A stretch of DNA of 60,656 nucleotides. Origin: a virus. Lineage: Duplodnaviria; Caudoviricetes. The notes beneath the pieces are model-generated. The model was given only the letters and a program-made list of their open reading frames with translations. It was not told where the DNA came from and did not search any database. Location of the stretch: IMG/VR virus record IMGVR_UViG_3300021197_000990, positions 1 through 60,656 of that record; one strand, written 5' to 3'. The position numbers were made by a program, and so were the translations under genes. Shown piece by piece: positions 7,981-17,376 of the stretch (position 1 is the first letter of the stretch; every line of letters begins with the position of its first letter).

Positions 7981-8344
7981 ACGATGTGAGTGTGAACTGT
8001 ATGAATTACAACTAATGAAGGAAGGCCGTTGGCAAGAGTTCAATGGTTGGGCAGTTGACGGCATATCAGAGGAATATGGTCATGTAGACTGTAAGACTAT
8101 TGTAGGATCTAAACCATGGTGGAACATAAGTAAAACGTCTATGCGTAACATATGTAGACAACATGGAGTTATCGATCACTACTATTTCTTAAAGATGACT
8201 AACCCTAAGACCGCAAGGTTTGAGGTAGGTGAGACAGTTAAGTTCGAATGGACTGGTGTACTGTCTTATGCAGAAGTAATGAAGTATATCCAATGCAGCT
8301 CAGGTCATGGCTACTATGTAGACACGAGGAAAGCTCATGTGTGA
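7865..8344 (+). CDS. PD-(D/E)xK nuclease resembling T4 DenB (endonuclease IV)
   Basis: KRCECELYE, AVDG...VDCKT, WWNIS and C-terminal IQCSSGHGYYV parallel remembered DenB blocks. Confidence 0.5.
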   Translation: MSNRNVDVTLTQELYDQVTENAMKYNKVSAENVTLAMAKRCECELYELQLMKEGRWQEFNGWAVDGISEEYGHVDCKTIVGSKPWWNISKTSMRNICRQHGVIDHYYFLKMTNPKTARFEVGETVKFEWTGVLSYAEVMKYIQCSSGHGYYVDTRKAHV

Positions 8345-8428
8345 TAGATGTAAAGTTCCACCTGTGCAAACAATATAATCTAACTATAGCTAAAGGGTAA
8401 AGCCCTGCAGCAACTCAAGGAAACTATT

Positions 8429-10276
8429 ATGCAACTAGTATATGATATTGAAACTGATGGTCTATTCGCAGAAGTAACTAAGATCTGGTGTATTGTAGCA
8501 GTAGATATTGCTAACAATAACAAGGTTTACTCTTACTCAGATCATGACAACGACTTACCGAGCATTGCAGAAGGCTTAAAGCTATTGCAGTCCGCTGATG
8601 TATTGATCGGTCATAACATTATCGGCTATGATAATGTAGTAATCAAGAAGTTATTTAACATTGACTTATCATTTAACACTGTAAAGAACTTAGATACATT
8701 AATTATGTCTCGTGTATTCAACTATGCACGTCCCGGTGGTCACTCATTGAAGAACTGGGGTAAGTTAGTAGGTGATGACAAGATATCATATGATGATTGG
8801 ACTCAGTACTCTAAGGAAATGCTAGAATACTGTATACAGGATGTTATGGTAAACGTAAAGATCTACCACGCAGTTATGAAAGAGTTCAAAGCTACCCACA
8901 AAGTAAACCCATTAATCAGTAATGGTCTACGCATCGAACATGAGATTGCTCATATCAATACTGAGATTCGTTCTGATGGCTGGAACTTTGATATGGATAA
9001 AGCGCTAGCTACTAGACAACGCATGGATGATGAGATGTCTCGCATTCGTGGTATCCTTGAGCCAATGTTAGGTAAACGTAAAGTACTAATTGATAAAGAA
9101 CCTAAGACTCCTAAGTTTAAGAAGGATGGTACTTATCAAGCAACTACTGTTCGTATGCTTACAGACTATTTCGGTCACGAGGTTAAACCTGAGGACACTC
9201 ATTTGATGGCAGCAGGTACACCATTCCAACGTACTAAGATGGAACAGATAGAACTAGGTCAAACACCATTAGTAAAAGAGTGGTTGTTAACTCAAGGCTG
9301 GAAGCCAGATGAGTACACTCGTAAGAAGATTAATGGTAAGTGGGTTAACCAAGGTCCTAAGTTTACATCTACTTCATTGAAAGCATTCGGTGAGCTAGGT
9401 GAAATGATTGACTCTTACTATACTATAAGAAACCGTATCGCTGTACTTGAAGGCTGGATCGAGAACGTTGAGAAAGCAGGTGATGGTCGTCTTCACGGTG
9501 ACATGTTCACTATTGGTACTCCATCTTTCCGTTGTAGACACAGTGGTATCGTAAATATTCCTTCAGTTAATGCTGCATGGGGTAAAGAGATGCGTGAGCT
9601 ATTCAAAGCAGATGACGGTCATGTACTAGTAGGTGCTGACTCTGCAGGTAACCAGCTACGTGGCTTATGCCACTACGTAAATAACGAAGAGTATACTGAC
9701 ATTGTAATCAATGGTGATCAACATCAACGTAATGCGGATGCGCTAGGTTGTAGTCGTCCACAAGCTAAGTCATTCTTGTATTGTTATTTATTCGGTGGTG
9801 GTGATGCTAAGTTAGGTCAATGTATTACTGATAAGCTAGATGCAGGTCGTGGTCGTAAAGCTCGTGATGACTTCGCTAAGTCTATTACAGGATTAGCAGA
9901 GATACGTGAGAAAGTAGAATCAGAGTGGCGTTATAAGGAACACAGGCAAGGTGTTGGTTGGGTTCATGGTTTAGATGGTCGTCCATTATTCGTACCAGCT
10001 GAACATCAGTGTCTTAACTACTTACTACAGTGCGCTGAAGGTATCACTTGTAAGGCTGCAACTGTATACGCCTATAAGAAGATTAAAGAGCAAGGCCTTC
10101 GTGCTAGTATCAGAATCTTCTATCATGATGAGGTGCAGATCTCCTGTCACCCTGATGATGCAGATAAAGTAAAAGAAATAGCTATCGCTGGTTTCCGTGA
10201 AGCACCTAAAGAATTTGGTGTTGACTGTATGGATGGTGATGGTATCGTAGGTAACAACTATGCCGAGACTCACTAA
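8429..10276 (+). CDS. DNA polymerase, family A (T7 gp5-like), with 3'-5' exonuclease
   Basis: ExoI DIETDG, ExoII GHNIIGYD, motif A GADSAGNQLR, motif B RPQAKSFLY, motif C YHDE. Confidence 0.96.
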   Translation: MQLVYDIETDGLFAEVTKIWCIVAVDIANNNKVYSYSDHDNDLPSIAEGLKLLQSADVLIGHNIIGYDNVVIKKLFNIDLSFNTVKNLDTLIMSRVFNYARPGGHSLKNWGKLVGDDKISYDDWTQYSKEMLEYCIQDVMVNVKIYHAVMKEFKATHKVNPLISNGLRIEHEIAHINTEIRSDGWNFDMDKALATRQRMDDEMSRIRGILEPMLGKRKVLIDKEPKTPKFKKDGTYQATTVRMLTDYFGHEVKPEDTHLMAAGTPFQRTKMEQIELGQTPLVKEWLLTQGWKPDEYTRKKINGKWVNQGPKFTSTSLKAFGELGEMIDSYYTIRNRIAVLEGWIENVEKAGDGRLHGDMFTIGTPSFRCRHSGIVNIPSVNAAWGKEMRELFKADDGHVLVGADSAGNQLRGLCHYVNNEEYTDIVINGDQHQRNADALGCSRPQAKSFLYCYLFGGGDAKLGQCITDKLDAGRGRKARDDFAKSITGLAEIREKVESEWRYKEHRQGVGWVHGLDGRPLFVPAEHQCLNYLLQCAEGITCKAATVYAYKKIKEQGLRASIRIFYHDEVQISCHPDDADKVKEIAIAGFREAPKEFGVDCMDGDGIVGNNYAETH

Positions 10277-10285
10277 GGAGGTACT

Positions 10286-10576
10286 ATGAGTAACTCAGTC
10301 GTATATAACTTAAGTCTAAGCGATAGTAAAATATTGTGTAGGACTATTGATAAATGCAGAATTAAAACTAACCTTAATAAAGAAAGTATTATTGATGAGA
10401 TACTATATGCTGTATCAGCTGATGATGGTAACGTACAACTGTATGCTATCGAATGGCTGTATATTATAGATGCACTCAAAGATAAACTCAAAGGCAAGCG
10501 GATACAAGATCGTGAAGCACTTGATGATCTACTACATGATCTATTAAAACTAAAGCTAAATCTAGCTGGAGAATAA
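10286..10576 (+). CDS. Hypothetical protein
   Basis: ORF with AAGGAGGT RBS. Confidence 0.7.
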   Translation: MSNSVVYNLSLSDSKILCRTIDKCRIKTNLNKESIIDEILYAVSADDGNVQLYAIEWLYIIDALKDKLKGKRIQDREALDDLLHDLLKLKLNLAGE

Positions 10577-10577
10577 T

Positions 10578-11345
10578 ATGAACAACAAGATGCACATCCT
10601 CATCGATGCGGATAGTATCTACTTCAAACTATGCTGCTGCACTAAGCGTGAGAAAGACATACGCAAAGGACTTAAGCAGAAGTTAAAAGAGATAACCGAC
10701 AATGCTCGGCACTTCTCTGAGGAAGTAGAACTGTTTATCGCAGTGAAGGGTGTAGATAACTTCAGGTTTTCTGTAGCGTCAGACTATAAAGGCCAACGTA
10801 AGGACCTTGAAGCTGACATGAAGAAAGCTTTGAACTATGCTAACAACCATCTCATAGACGAGTATGGAGCTGTATCATCTACAGGTATGGAAGCTGATGA
10901 CTTGGTATCGATCTGGGCACATGAGTGTTGGGCTAATGGCTTGACCTATTGCGTAGTGCACATCGATAAGGATCTGGATATTATTCCAGGACCACATTAT
11001 AATTTCGATAAGAAGGAGGTGTATTCTATCTCGCCTGATGATGGATTCCGCAAGTTCATGCATCAGTGTCTCACGGGTGATCGTGCAGACAACATAGCTG
11101 GTATCAAAGGTATTGGTCCAAAGAAAGCCGATAAGATCTTAGAAGGTGTACCAGCTAATCGAATGTGGTCAGTCGTTAAGCAATCATGGCGTGAACATGG
11201 TTACAAAGGTATTGACTTAATAAAAGCTGCTAGACTATTATGGATGGGTGCTTGTAGTAATGACATCAGTACTGCCAACCTAGCTGTGATCAATCGTTTA
11301 GAGCGAGGTTATGATAAGTTCTGGGAGGTCGAAGATGAATCTTAA
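10578..11345 (+). CDS. 5'-3' exonuclease / RNase H (T7 gp6, FEN family)
   Basis: IDADS, YKGQR, EADD, DKD, GDRADNIAGIKGIGPKKA. Confidence 0.93.
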   Translation: MNNKMHILIDADSIYFKLCCCTKREKDIRKGLKQKLKEITDNARHFSEEVELFIAVKGVDNFRFSVASDYKGQRKDLEADMKKALNYANNHLIDEYGAVSSTGMEADDLVSIWAHECWANGLTYCVVHIDKDLDIIPGPHYNFDKKEVYSISPDDGFRKFMHQCLTGDRADNIAGIKGIGPKKADKILEGVPANRMWSVVKQSWREHGYKGIDLIKAARLLWMGACSNDISTANLAVINRLERGYDKFWEVEDES

Positions 11346-11709
11346 ACATCACTTTAAAGTTAAACCACTGTCTGCTAACAGGATGTGGGGTAAACGAGGA
11401 GTTAAGACCTTTAAGTCTGCTGAGTATAAAGAGTTCCAAGAAGAGATCCGTGATACCATCATGGCAGATGACTGGAGCTGGCCGTTCAAGGATGAACTAG
11501 TAGACTTTAAAGTAGAAGCTGGGTTGTCTAACCGTGGAGCTGACATAGATAATGTTATCAAGCCTCTGCTGGATACGTATCAAGGTATGTTCCATGGGTT
11601 TAATGATAACAAAGTCTACCATATAGAACTAACCAAATGCATCGTCAAGAAAGGCGATGAGTACCTAGATGTAGAAGTAACAACCTTTGATGGAGATGAT
11701 ATAAAATGA
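11335..11709 (+). CDS. rusA: RusA-like Holliday junction resolvase
   Basis: PLSAN...DIDNVIKPLLD...FND. Confidence 0.85.
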   Translation: MNLKHHFKVKPLSANRMWGKRGVKTFKSAEYKEFQEEIRDTIMADDWSWPFKDELVDFKVEAGLSNRGADIDNVIKPLLDTYQGMFHGFNDNKVYHIELTKCIVKKGDEYLDVEVTTFDGDDIK

Positions 11710-11912
11710 TGTACCGTGTATACTTAACAACCAAGTCTGAATGTGAACGTGTAGAAGCCGATGAGATCCTATGGGGTAATGGTGTAGTACAGTTCTTAAA
11801 GAAACCAGAGACTAACTCTCTGATCCAGATAGAGACTAACGCTAAACCTATAGTAACCTATTCGTTCAATCAGTTAATCAAAGTAGTATATGAAGGAGAT
11901 GCAGATGCCTAA
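11706..11912 (+). CDS. Hypothetical protein
   Basis: Coupled ORF. Confidence 0.65.
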   Translation: MMYRVYLTTKSECERVEADEILWGNGVVQFLKKPETNSLIQIETNAKPIVTYSFNQLIKVVYEGDADA

Positions 11913-12099
11913 GTTTGACTTTAAGTGTGACAAGTGTGAACACGTAATGCTAGATGTAGTTAAAGCTAGTTTCGTTAAGCCTAATCCCCCATGTGAAAAA
12001 TGTGGGGAGGACTCGTTGAAAACATACTGGCAACAAGGCAAGACATCATTCCAGACACAAGGTAAAGGTGGTGGCTGGACTGGAAGTAATACATTCTAA
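11905..12099 (+). CDS. FmdB-family zinc-ribbon protein
   Basis: MPKFDFKCDKC...CEKCG...GGGW. Confidence 0.8.
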   Translation: MPKFDFKCDKCEHVMLDVVKASFVKPNPPCEKCGEDSLKTYWQQGKTSFQTQGKGGGWTGSNTF

Positions 12100-12123
12100 T
12101 TAAGAGTACGTAGGAGAACTCAA

Positions 12124-12270
12124 ATGAGTAAGCAAAACAAACCTGTAGATGATTCGTGGATGGATGAAGAGTTAGCAAGTAGAATCCGTCAAGATAGATA
12201 CTACCGCAAGACAAAGAAGACCAAGAAGAAACTTAACCAAGATCAAGTATGGGAAAACCGATGGAATTAG
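12124..12270 (+). CDS. Hypothetical protein, 48 aa (not in ORF track)
   Basis: AGGAG RBS; MSKQNKPVDDSW...NRWN*. Confidence 0.6.
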   Translation: MSKQNKPVDDSWMDEELASRIRQDRYYRKTKKTKKKLNQDQVWENRWN

Positions 12271-12476
12271 AAGGCAAAGATAAGCTCGCATTAGACGAAC
12301 TAACAAACTTAATCATGGATAACTATGATGTGTATGACTTAGATAAAGTAGAAGATGACTACATACGAGACACCATAGACATGATGATGAGAAACTGGAA
12401 GAGCATATTGCCGTTCTACAAGATACACCGCATTTATAAAACCATTAAACTAATCAAAGAAGACAAAAGTCTTTAA
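12261..12476 (+). CDS. Hypothetical protein
   Basis: ORF; start uncertain (12249 or 12261). Confidence 0.6.
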   Translation: MELEGKDKLALDELTNLIMDNYDVYDLDKVEDDYIRDTIDMMMRNWKSILPFYKIHRIYKTIKLIKEDKSL

Positions 12477-12486
12477 GGAATCTATT

Positions 12487-13077
12487 ATGAATTTCACTCC
12501 AATTGTAATCGAGAAAACTGATAAGTCTGAACGTAGCTATGACATCTACTCTCGTCTATTAAAAGACCGTACAGTATTCTTGAACGGTGGTGTAGATGAT
12601 AACGTAGCAGCAACAGTAGTAGCACAGTTGTTATTCTTAGAAGCAGAGAATGCTGATGAGGATATTACATTATTCATTAACTCACCTGGTGGTGTAGTGT
12701 CTGCTGGCTTAGCAATGTATGACACAATTCAATTCATTAAACCAGATGTAAGAACTATTGTAACAGGTCAAGCTTGTTCAATGGGTTCATTCCTAGCTAA
12801 CGCTGGCGCACCTGGAAAACGTTACATGTTACCTAATGCAAGACATATGGTACATCAAGTATCTGCTGGTACCTCAGGACAATGTTCTGATATGCGTATA
12901 GCAGTTGAAGAAGCTACAAGAATTAACAACACTCTTGCTACGATATATGCAGAGCATAATAGCAAGGGTAAATCAGTAGAAGATCTACTTAAAACTATGG
13001 ACCGTGATACCTGGATGACCGCAGAAGAGTCACTAGAGTACGGATTGATAGACGAGATCATTACTAAAAGAGCATAA
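12487..13077 (+). CDS. clpP: ATP-dependent Clp protease proteolytic subunit
   Basis: [28 protein letters not shown] (Ser), MVHQ (His), DRDTWM (Asp). Confidence 0.96.
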   Translation: MNFTPIVIEKTDKSERSYDIYSRLLKDRTVFLNGGVDDNVAATVVAQLLFLEAENADEDITLFINSPGGVVSAGLAMYDTIQFIKPDVRTIVTGQACSMGSFLANAGAPGKRYMLPNARHMVHQVSAGTSGQCSDMRIAVEEATRINNTLATIYAEHNSKGKSVEDLLKTMDRDTWMTAEESLEYGLIDEIITKRA

Positions 13078-13123
13078 CAATCGGAGTGGAGTAATCCTGC
13101 TCCACTAACTATTGGATAATACT

Positions 13124-14791
13124 ATGAAAAAGCAATATGAAACTTCACCATTCGTTAAGACTCACGTTCCATGCTTAGATCAGACTGATTGCTGTTCATC
13201 TGACGGCAGATCTATTAGGCAAGATGGTAGCAGCTTTTGCTACGTCTGTTCAACAAACTTTAAATCAAATCAAGAGGACACTTCATTGGAGACTATCAAT
13301 GTTAAACCAACCACCAATACTTTTCGTGCTGAGTCAGTCGACACTATTCGTAATTATAGTAGTTATCCTATTAGTACTCGTGGCATTAGCCAAGAAGTAG
13401 TAGATCATTTCAACGTCAAGATGTCTGTAGATACTGAAGGCAGACCTGAAGCACACTACTATCCGTTTACTATTAACGGTCAGATTGCTGCATACAAAGT
13501 ACGTAAGTTACCTAAAGAGTTCTCTACTGTAGGTCAGTTCAAAGATGCAGAACTATTTGGCCAAGCACAATGTGCCGGTGGTCGTACTCTAGTAATCACA
13601 GAGGGTGAGTTAGATGCTATGGCTGTAGCTCAAGCTTACTTAGAGAAATATAGTAAGTTCTACCCTGTTGTATCGTTACCTAACGGGGTACAGTCTGTTA
13701 AGTCTTTACTAACTAACCGAGATTTCGTACGTAAGTTCGATACTGTAGTTCTAATGTTTGACATGGATGAAGCAGGTCAAGAGGCTGTAAGCAATGCTGC
13801 TAAGATCATAGGCATTGGTCGTGTTAAAGTCGCTAAGCTGAAGACTAAAGATCCATGTGATGAGCTTAACGAACATGGCTATGAGTCTATACTTAGAGCT
13901 ATATGGGATGCAACCACATGGTCACCAGCAGGTGTACTTATGGGTACAACTATATGGGATAAGTATATCGAACGTTGTAATGTAGAATCTGTTCCATACC
14001 CAGAGTGTCTATCAGGTCTTAACGATAAGATCGAAGGTATTCGTCAGGGTGAGATTACATTGTTCACGTCAGGTACAGGTAGTGGTAAGTCAACAGTAAT
14101 CAAAGAGATTATATTCGAGCTACTAGAAAAGACTGATGAGAAGATAGGCTTGATATCACTAGAAGAATCTATTGGTGATACAGCTGAGAAGTTTATACAA
14201 ATGCAAATGCGTCGTCCGTTACATGGACATCCACCAGCTACTGAAGAAGATCAACGTGAAGCTTTCGATAAGGTATTCGGTGATGAACGTCTAGTTCTAT
14301 TAGATCACCAAGGTTCTGTATCAGATGATTCACTTATGGATAAGATCGAGTACATGGCATTGATGGGTTGTAAGTACTTAGTACTAGATCACATCACAAT
14401 TGCTGTGTCAGAAGGTAACGATGGATTAACTGGTAACGAAGCTGTCGATAAGCTGATGTCAGATTTACTGAAATTAGTTAAGCAACATAACGTATGGTTA
14501 GGATTAATCTCTCACTTACGTAAAGCGATGGGTGGTAAGTCATTCGAGGAAGGTGCATTGCCGTCTATCGATGACATCAAGGGTTCTGGTTCTATTAAGC
14601 AGATCTCATTCGACATCATTGCATTTGCTCGTAACCTAGTTGCAGAAGAAGAATATGAACGTAATACAATTAAACTACGAGTGCTTAAGTCACGATTCAC
14701 TGGTAAGACTGGTGAAGCAGGTGCAGCTGTCTATGACACTGAGACTACAAGACTAGGCAAAGGTTGTACAGGATTTGACTTGGAGATGTAA
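13124..14791 (+). CDS. Primase-helicase (T7 gp4-like)
   Basis: Cys zinc-binding N-terminus, TOPRIM ITEGELDA and FDMDEAG, Walker A SGTGSGKS, LDHI, SHLRK, KSRFTG; alternative TTG start at 13112. Confidence 0.96.
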   Translation: MKKQYETSPFVKTHVPCLDQTDCCSSDGRSIRQDGSSFCYVCSTNFKSNQEDTSLETINVKPTTNTFRAESVDTIRNYSSYPISTRGISQEVVDHFNVKMSVDTEGRPEAHYYPFTINGQIAAYKVRKLPKEFSTVGQFKDAELFGQAQCAGGRTLVITEGELDAMAVAQAYLEKYSKFYPVVSLPNGVQSVKSLLTNRDFVRKFDTVVLMFDMDEAGQEAVSNAAKIIGIGRVKVAKLKTKDPCDELNEHGYESILRAIWDATTWSPAGVLMGTTIWDKYIERCNVESVPYPECLSGLNDKIEGIRQGEITLFTSGTGSGKSTVIKEIIFELLEKTDEKIGLISLEESIGDTAEKFIQMQMRRPLHGHPPATEEDQREAFDKVFGDERLVLLDHQGSVSDDSLMDKIEYMALMGCKYLVLDHITIAVSEGNDGLTGNEAVDKLMSDLLKLVKQHNVWLGLISHLRKAMGGKSFEEGALPSIDDIKGSGSIKQISFDIIAFARNLVAEEEYERNTIKLRVLKSRFTGKTGEAGAAVYDTETTRLGKGCTGFDLEM

Positions 14792-14796
14792 TACAA

Positions 14797-16902
14797 ATGA
14801 AATGGCATGAAAACGTAGAGCTCTATCTTAGGGCTCAACTTACCAATGGTAAACGTTTCAGACATGAAGGACTAAACATACTAAAAGACAATGCAGCTGT
14901 CTGCTACCCTAATTTAGATGGGTACATTCAGTCTGCTCATCATAGTATATCTACGATATGTAAGCTAGAACCATGTGGCACTAAAGCTACTGGTGGGTTA
15001 ACTAATATCAGCTCTACAATAGGCAAAGATATTATGGCAACCATTGGCTCTACACATCAACAGGTAGACTGGAAGAAGTACCTACAACTAGGTGATCTAA
15101 TGATCGAAGCTTTCTTACAGTCAGGGTTACTGAGAATTATTACACCTGAAGCTAGATCTAGAGAACCTATTCTAGTAGAGATAAATGAAGGCTGGCCAAC
15201 AGATTTACCTGAGGCCTTAATCAAGCGAACACTAAGAGGTACGTTTGCTAACAAGCCTAAAGATATCACAGGTCCAACTCAGCTAATCAACTATGATCCA
15301 CTAGGACTAACATTCCATAAGAAGATTATTAAGAGATGGGATGAAAACTTAGATGGCCTTGTCGCTAATATGTTAGATACTCCGTGGATGAAAGCAGTTA
15401 ACAAACTTCAACAAACGCCATGGTCTATTAACAGTGATGTTCTTGAAGCAGTTGTGAGTCAACCTGAAAAGTTCTTCAGCATAGACTCTAAGACTAAAGA
15501 GAACTTCTCTAAGAAGATAGACTATGAATACACTGTCAGCAAAGCAAACATACTAGATGGCACAGTCTTTTATACTGCTGCAGACTTAGACTATAGAGGT
15601 CGTATATACTTCGTTGAGTCATACCTTAACTTCCAAGGTTCAGACTTAGCACGTGGACTTCTAACCTTCGGAGAGAGCAAGATCGTAACGCCTAATGGCT
15701 TACGCTGGCTCAAGATACATTGTGCTTCCTCATTCAACCAGAGTTATTCTATCGATGATATTCCTAGCTGGTGTTCAAGAGATTATGCATCTCACCTACG
15801 AGCAGAAGGCTTAGATAACATATCAGTAGATAAGATGACACTGAACGATCGTGAAGCTTGGTGTGATAACAATATGGAGTTAATAAATGAAACGGTCAGA
15901 AATGGAACGGTGCAAGACTGCGAGAAGCCTGTATGCTTCCTTGCTGCTGCTATTGAGCTTGTCAATTATCATGCTGCCAGTGGTGATTATTATAGTAGCT
16001 TGCCTATACCTGTGGACGGTAGCAACAATGGTTGGCAACACCTTGGTGCAATTTCTAAAGACATTGAGACGGGTAAACTAGTAGGTCTAGTACCAGTAGA
16101 TATTCAGAATGATTTCTACGTACAGACTGCTAAACGATTAATCGAGATTACAAAGGACGAAGAACGTAAGAGTATTCTAGATAGTATGCCTATGAAAGCT
16201 ATACGTAAAGGTATTAGTAAGCGTGGGAGTATGACTAGAGCTTACTCTGCAGGTGCTCAGAAGATAGCAGAGAATATGTTTCAAGACTGTAAGTCTGCTG
16301 GCTATACATTGAAGTATGGTATTACTGAAGAGCATTGTAAAGGATTTGCTAGAGACTTAGTTAAGGCTATCAGTGATGTATGCCCAGGTCCTTTAAGTAC
16401 TATGAAGTTCTTACAAGAGCTAGCAGCTGATAAGCTAAACGAAGGTTACAACTACTTAACATGGACTACACCATCAGGTTTTAAAGTTGTCTATGAGAAC
16501 TACCACATGGATCAGGTAAAGTATGCTAACCGTATTAAAGGTGTAGGCAATGTCCAAGACAAAGTCAAGCACGTACTTAAGATGTCATCACCTTGTCCTG
16601 ATAGACGAGGCTTTATGTGTGGCATTAGTCCTAACTTTGTGCACAGTCAGGATGCTGCTCACATGCAATCAGTAATCGATAGATTTGATGGACTGTTCGG
16701 TGCAGTTCACGATTCATTCAGTACTCATGCTTCGCAAGTAGATGAGCTACTAACTATAACCAAAGACGTATTCATTGAGATGTATGATCATGATAACTAC
16801 TTCGATGACATATGCTACAGACTTAAAGCTGAAGCTATGCAACCACATCGTGGTAACTTATCGATCAAAGATGTTAAAGCATCAGACTACTTCTTTGCAT
16901 AA
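14797..16902 (+). CDS. Single-subunit (T7-superfamily) RNA polymerase, compact, 701 aa
   Basis: DYRGRIY, motif A VDGSNNGWQH, motif B RKGISKRGSMTRAYS, PNFVHSQDA, motif C VHDSF. Confidence 0.95.
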   Translation: MKWHENVELYLRAQLTNGKRFRHEGLNILKDNAAVCYPNLDGYIQSAHHSISTICKLEPCGTKATGGLTNISSTIGKDIMATIGSTHQQVDWKKYLQLGDLMIEAFLQSGLLRIITPEARSREPILVEINEGWPTDLPEALIKRTLRGTFANKPKDITGPTQLINYDPLGLTFHKKIIKRWDENLDGLVANMLDTPWMKAVNKLQQTPWSINSDVLEAVVSQPEKFFSIDSKTKENFSKKIDYEYTVSKANILDGTVFYTAADLDYRGRIYFVESYLNFQGSDLARGLLTFGESKIVTPNGLRWLKIHCASSFNQSYSIDDIPSWCSRDYASHLRAEGLDNISVDKMTLNDREAWCDNNMELINETVRNGTVQDCEKPVCFLAAAIELVNYHAASGDYYSSLPIPVDGSNNGWQHLGAISKDIETGKLVGLVPVDIQNDFYVQTAKRLIEITKDEERKSILDSMPMKAIRKGISKRGSMTRAYSAGAQKIAENMFQDCKSAGYTLKYGITEEHCKGFARDLVKAISDVCPGPLSTMKFLQELAADKLNEGYNYLTWTTPSGFKVVYENYHMDQVKYANRIKGVGNVQDKVKHVLKMSSPCPDRRGFMCGISPNFVHSQDAAHMQSVIDRFDGLFGAVHDSFSTHASQVDELLTITKDVFIEMYDHDNYFDDICYRLKAEAMQPHRGNLSIKDVKASDYFFA

Positions 16903-16914
16903 CAGGAGAACACT

Positions 16915-17172
16915 ATGGAAAACCAAAATTACTTATGGCTACGAGGCCAGAAGAGTTACACTGATAAAGACTTTATTGAAACCTTTAACTTAGATCCTTC
17001 ACTAGAAGGTAAGCCTGAGATCAACGATGCTATGTTAGATGTGACACACAAGATTAACATGCAGCATTATATGGATGCTAATAACATGACTGAAGAAGAT
17101 GCACGAAGTAAAGCAGATGCTATTAGAGATAATACACGTGCTGACATCCACAGTATTCTTGGCAAGAAATAA
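16915..17172 (+). CDS. Hypothetical protein
   Basis: ORF with AGGAG RBS. Confidence 0.75.
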   Translation: MENQNYLWLRGQKSYTDKDFIETFNLDPSLEGKPEINDAMLDVTHKINMQHYMDANNMTEEDARSKADAIRDNTRADIHSILGKK

Positions 17173-17235
17173 ATAAAAAAAAACCCTACTACGGGATTCC
17201 TTACGGAGTCCTATAGTAGGGTATATTTTTTTTTT
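17173..17235. terminator. Bidirectional intrinsic terminator between the two arms
   Basis: A-run, long hairpin CCCTACTA...TCC-TTAC-GGA...TAGTAGGG, then T-run, between convergent genes. Confidence 0.92.
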
Positions 17236-17365
17236 ACTTCTCTTTGTCTTTGATATTATCTTCTAACTTAATTTCTTTAGAGATATCGTCATCAGACTTA
17301 CGAGTTAGTAGGAAGCCGATTAACAACAGGCCACCACCTAATATTAGTAATGTTTCATAGTTCAT
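17234..17365 (-). CDS. Small membrane-anchored protein, 43 aa (not in ORF track)
   Basis: AAGGAG RBS; MNYETLLILGGGLLLIGFLL followed by a charged tail. Confidence 0.65.
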   Translation of the reverse strand: MNYETLLILGGGLLLIGFLLTRKSDDDISKEIKLEDNIKDKEK

Positions 17366-17376
17366 ATGTATACTCC

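Noticed and set aside
12487-13077. Prohead maturation protease
   Set aside because: Lies in the replication arm and resembles cellular ClpP over its full length
16728-16736. TGCTTCGCA inside the RNAP gene as an extra vRNAP promoter
   Set aside because: Only a 3-bp stem, none of the flanking 32-mer, and within coding sequence
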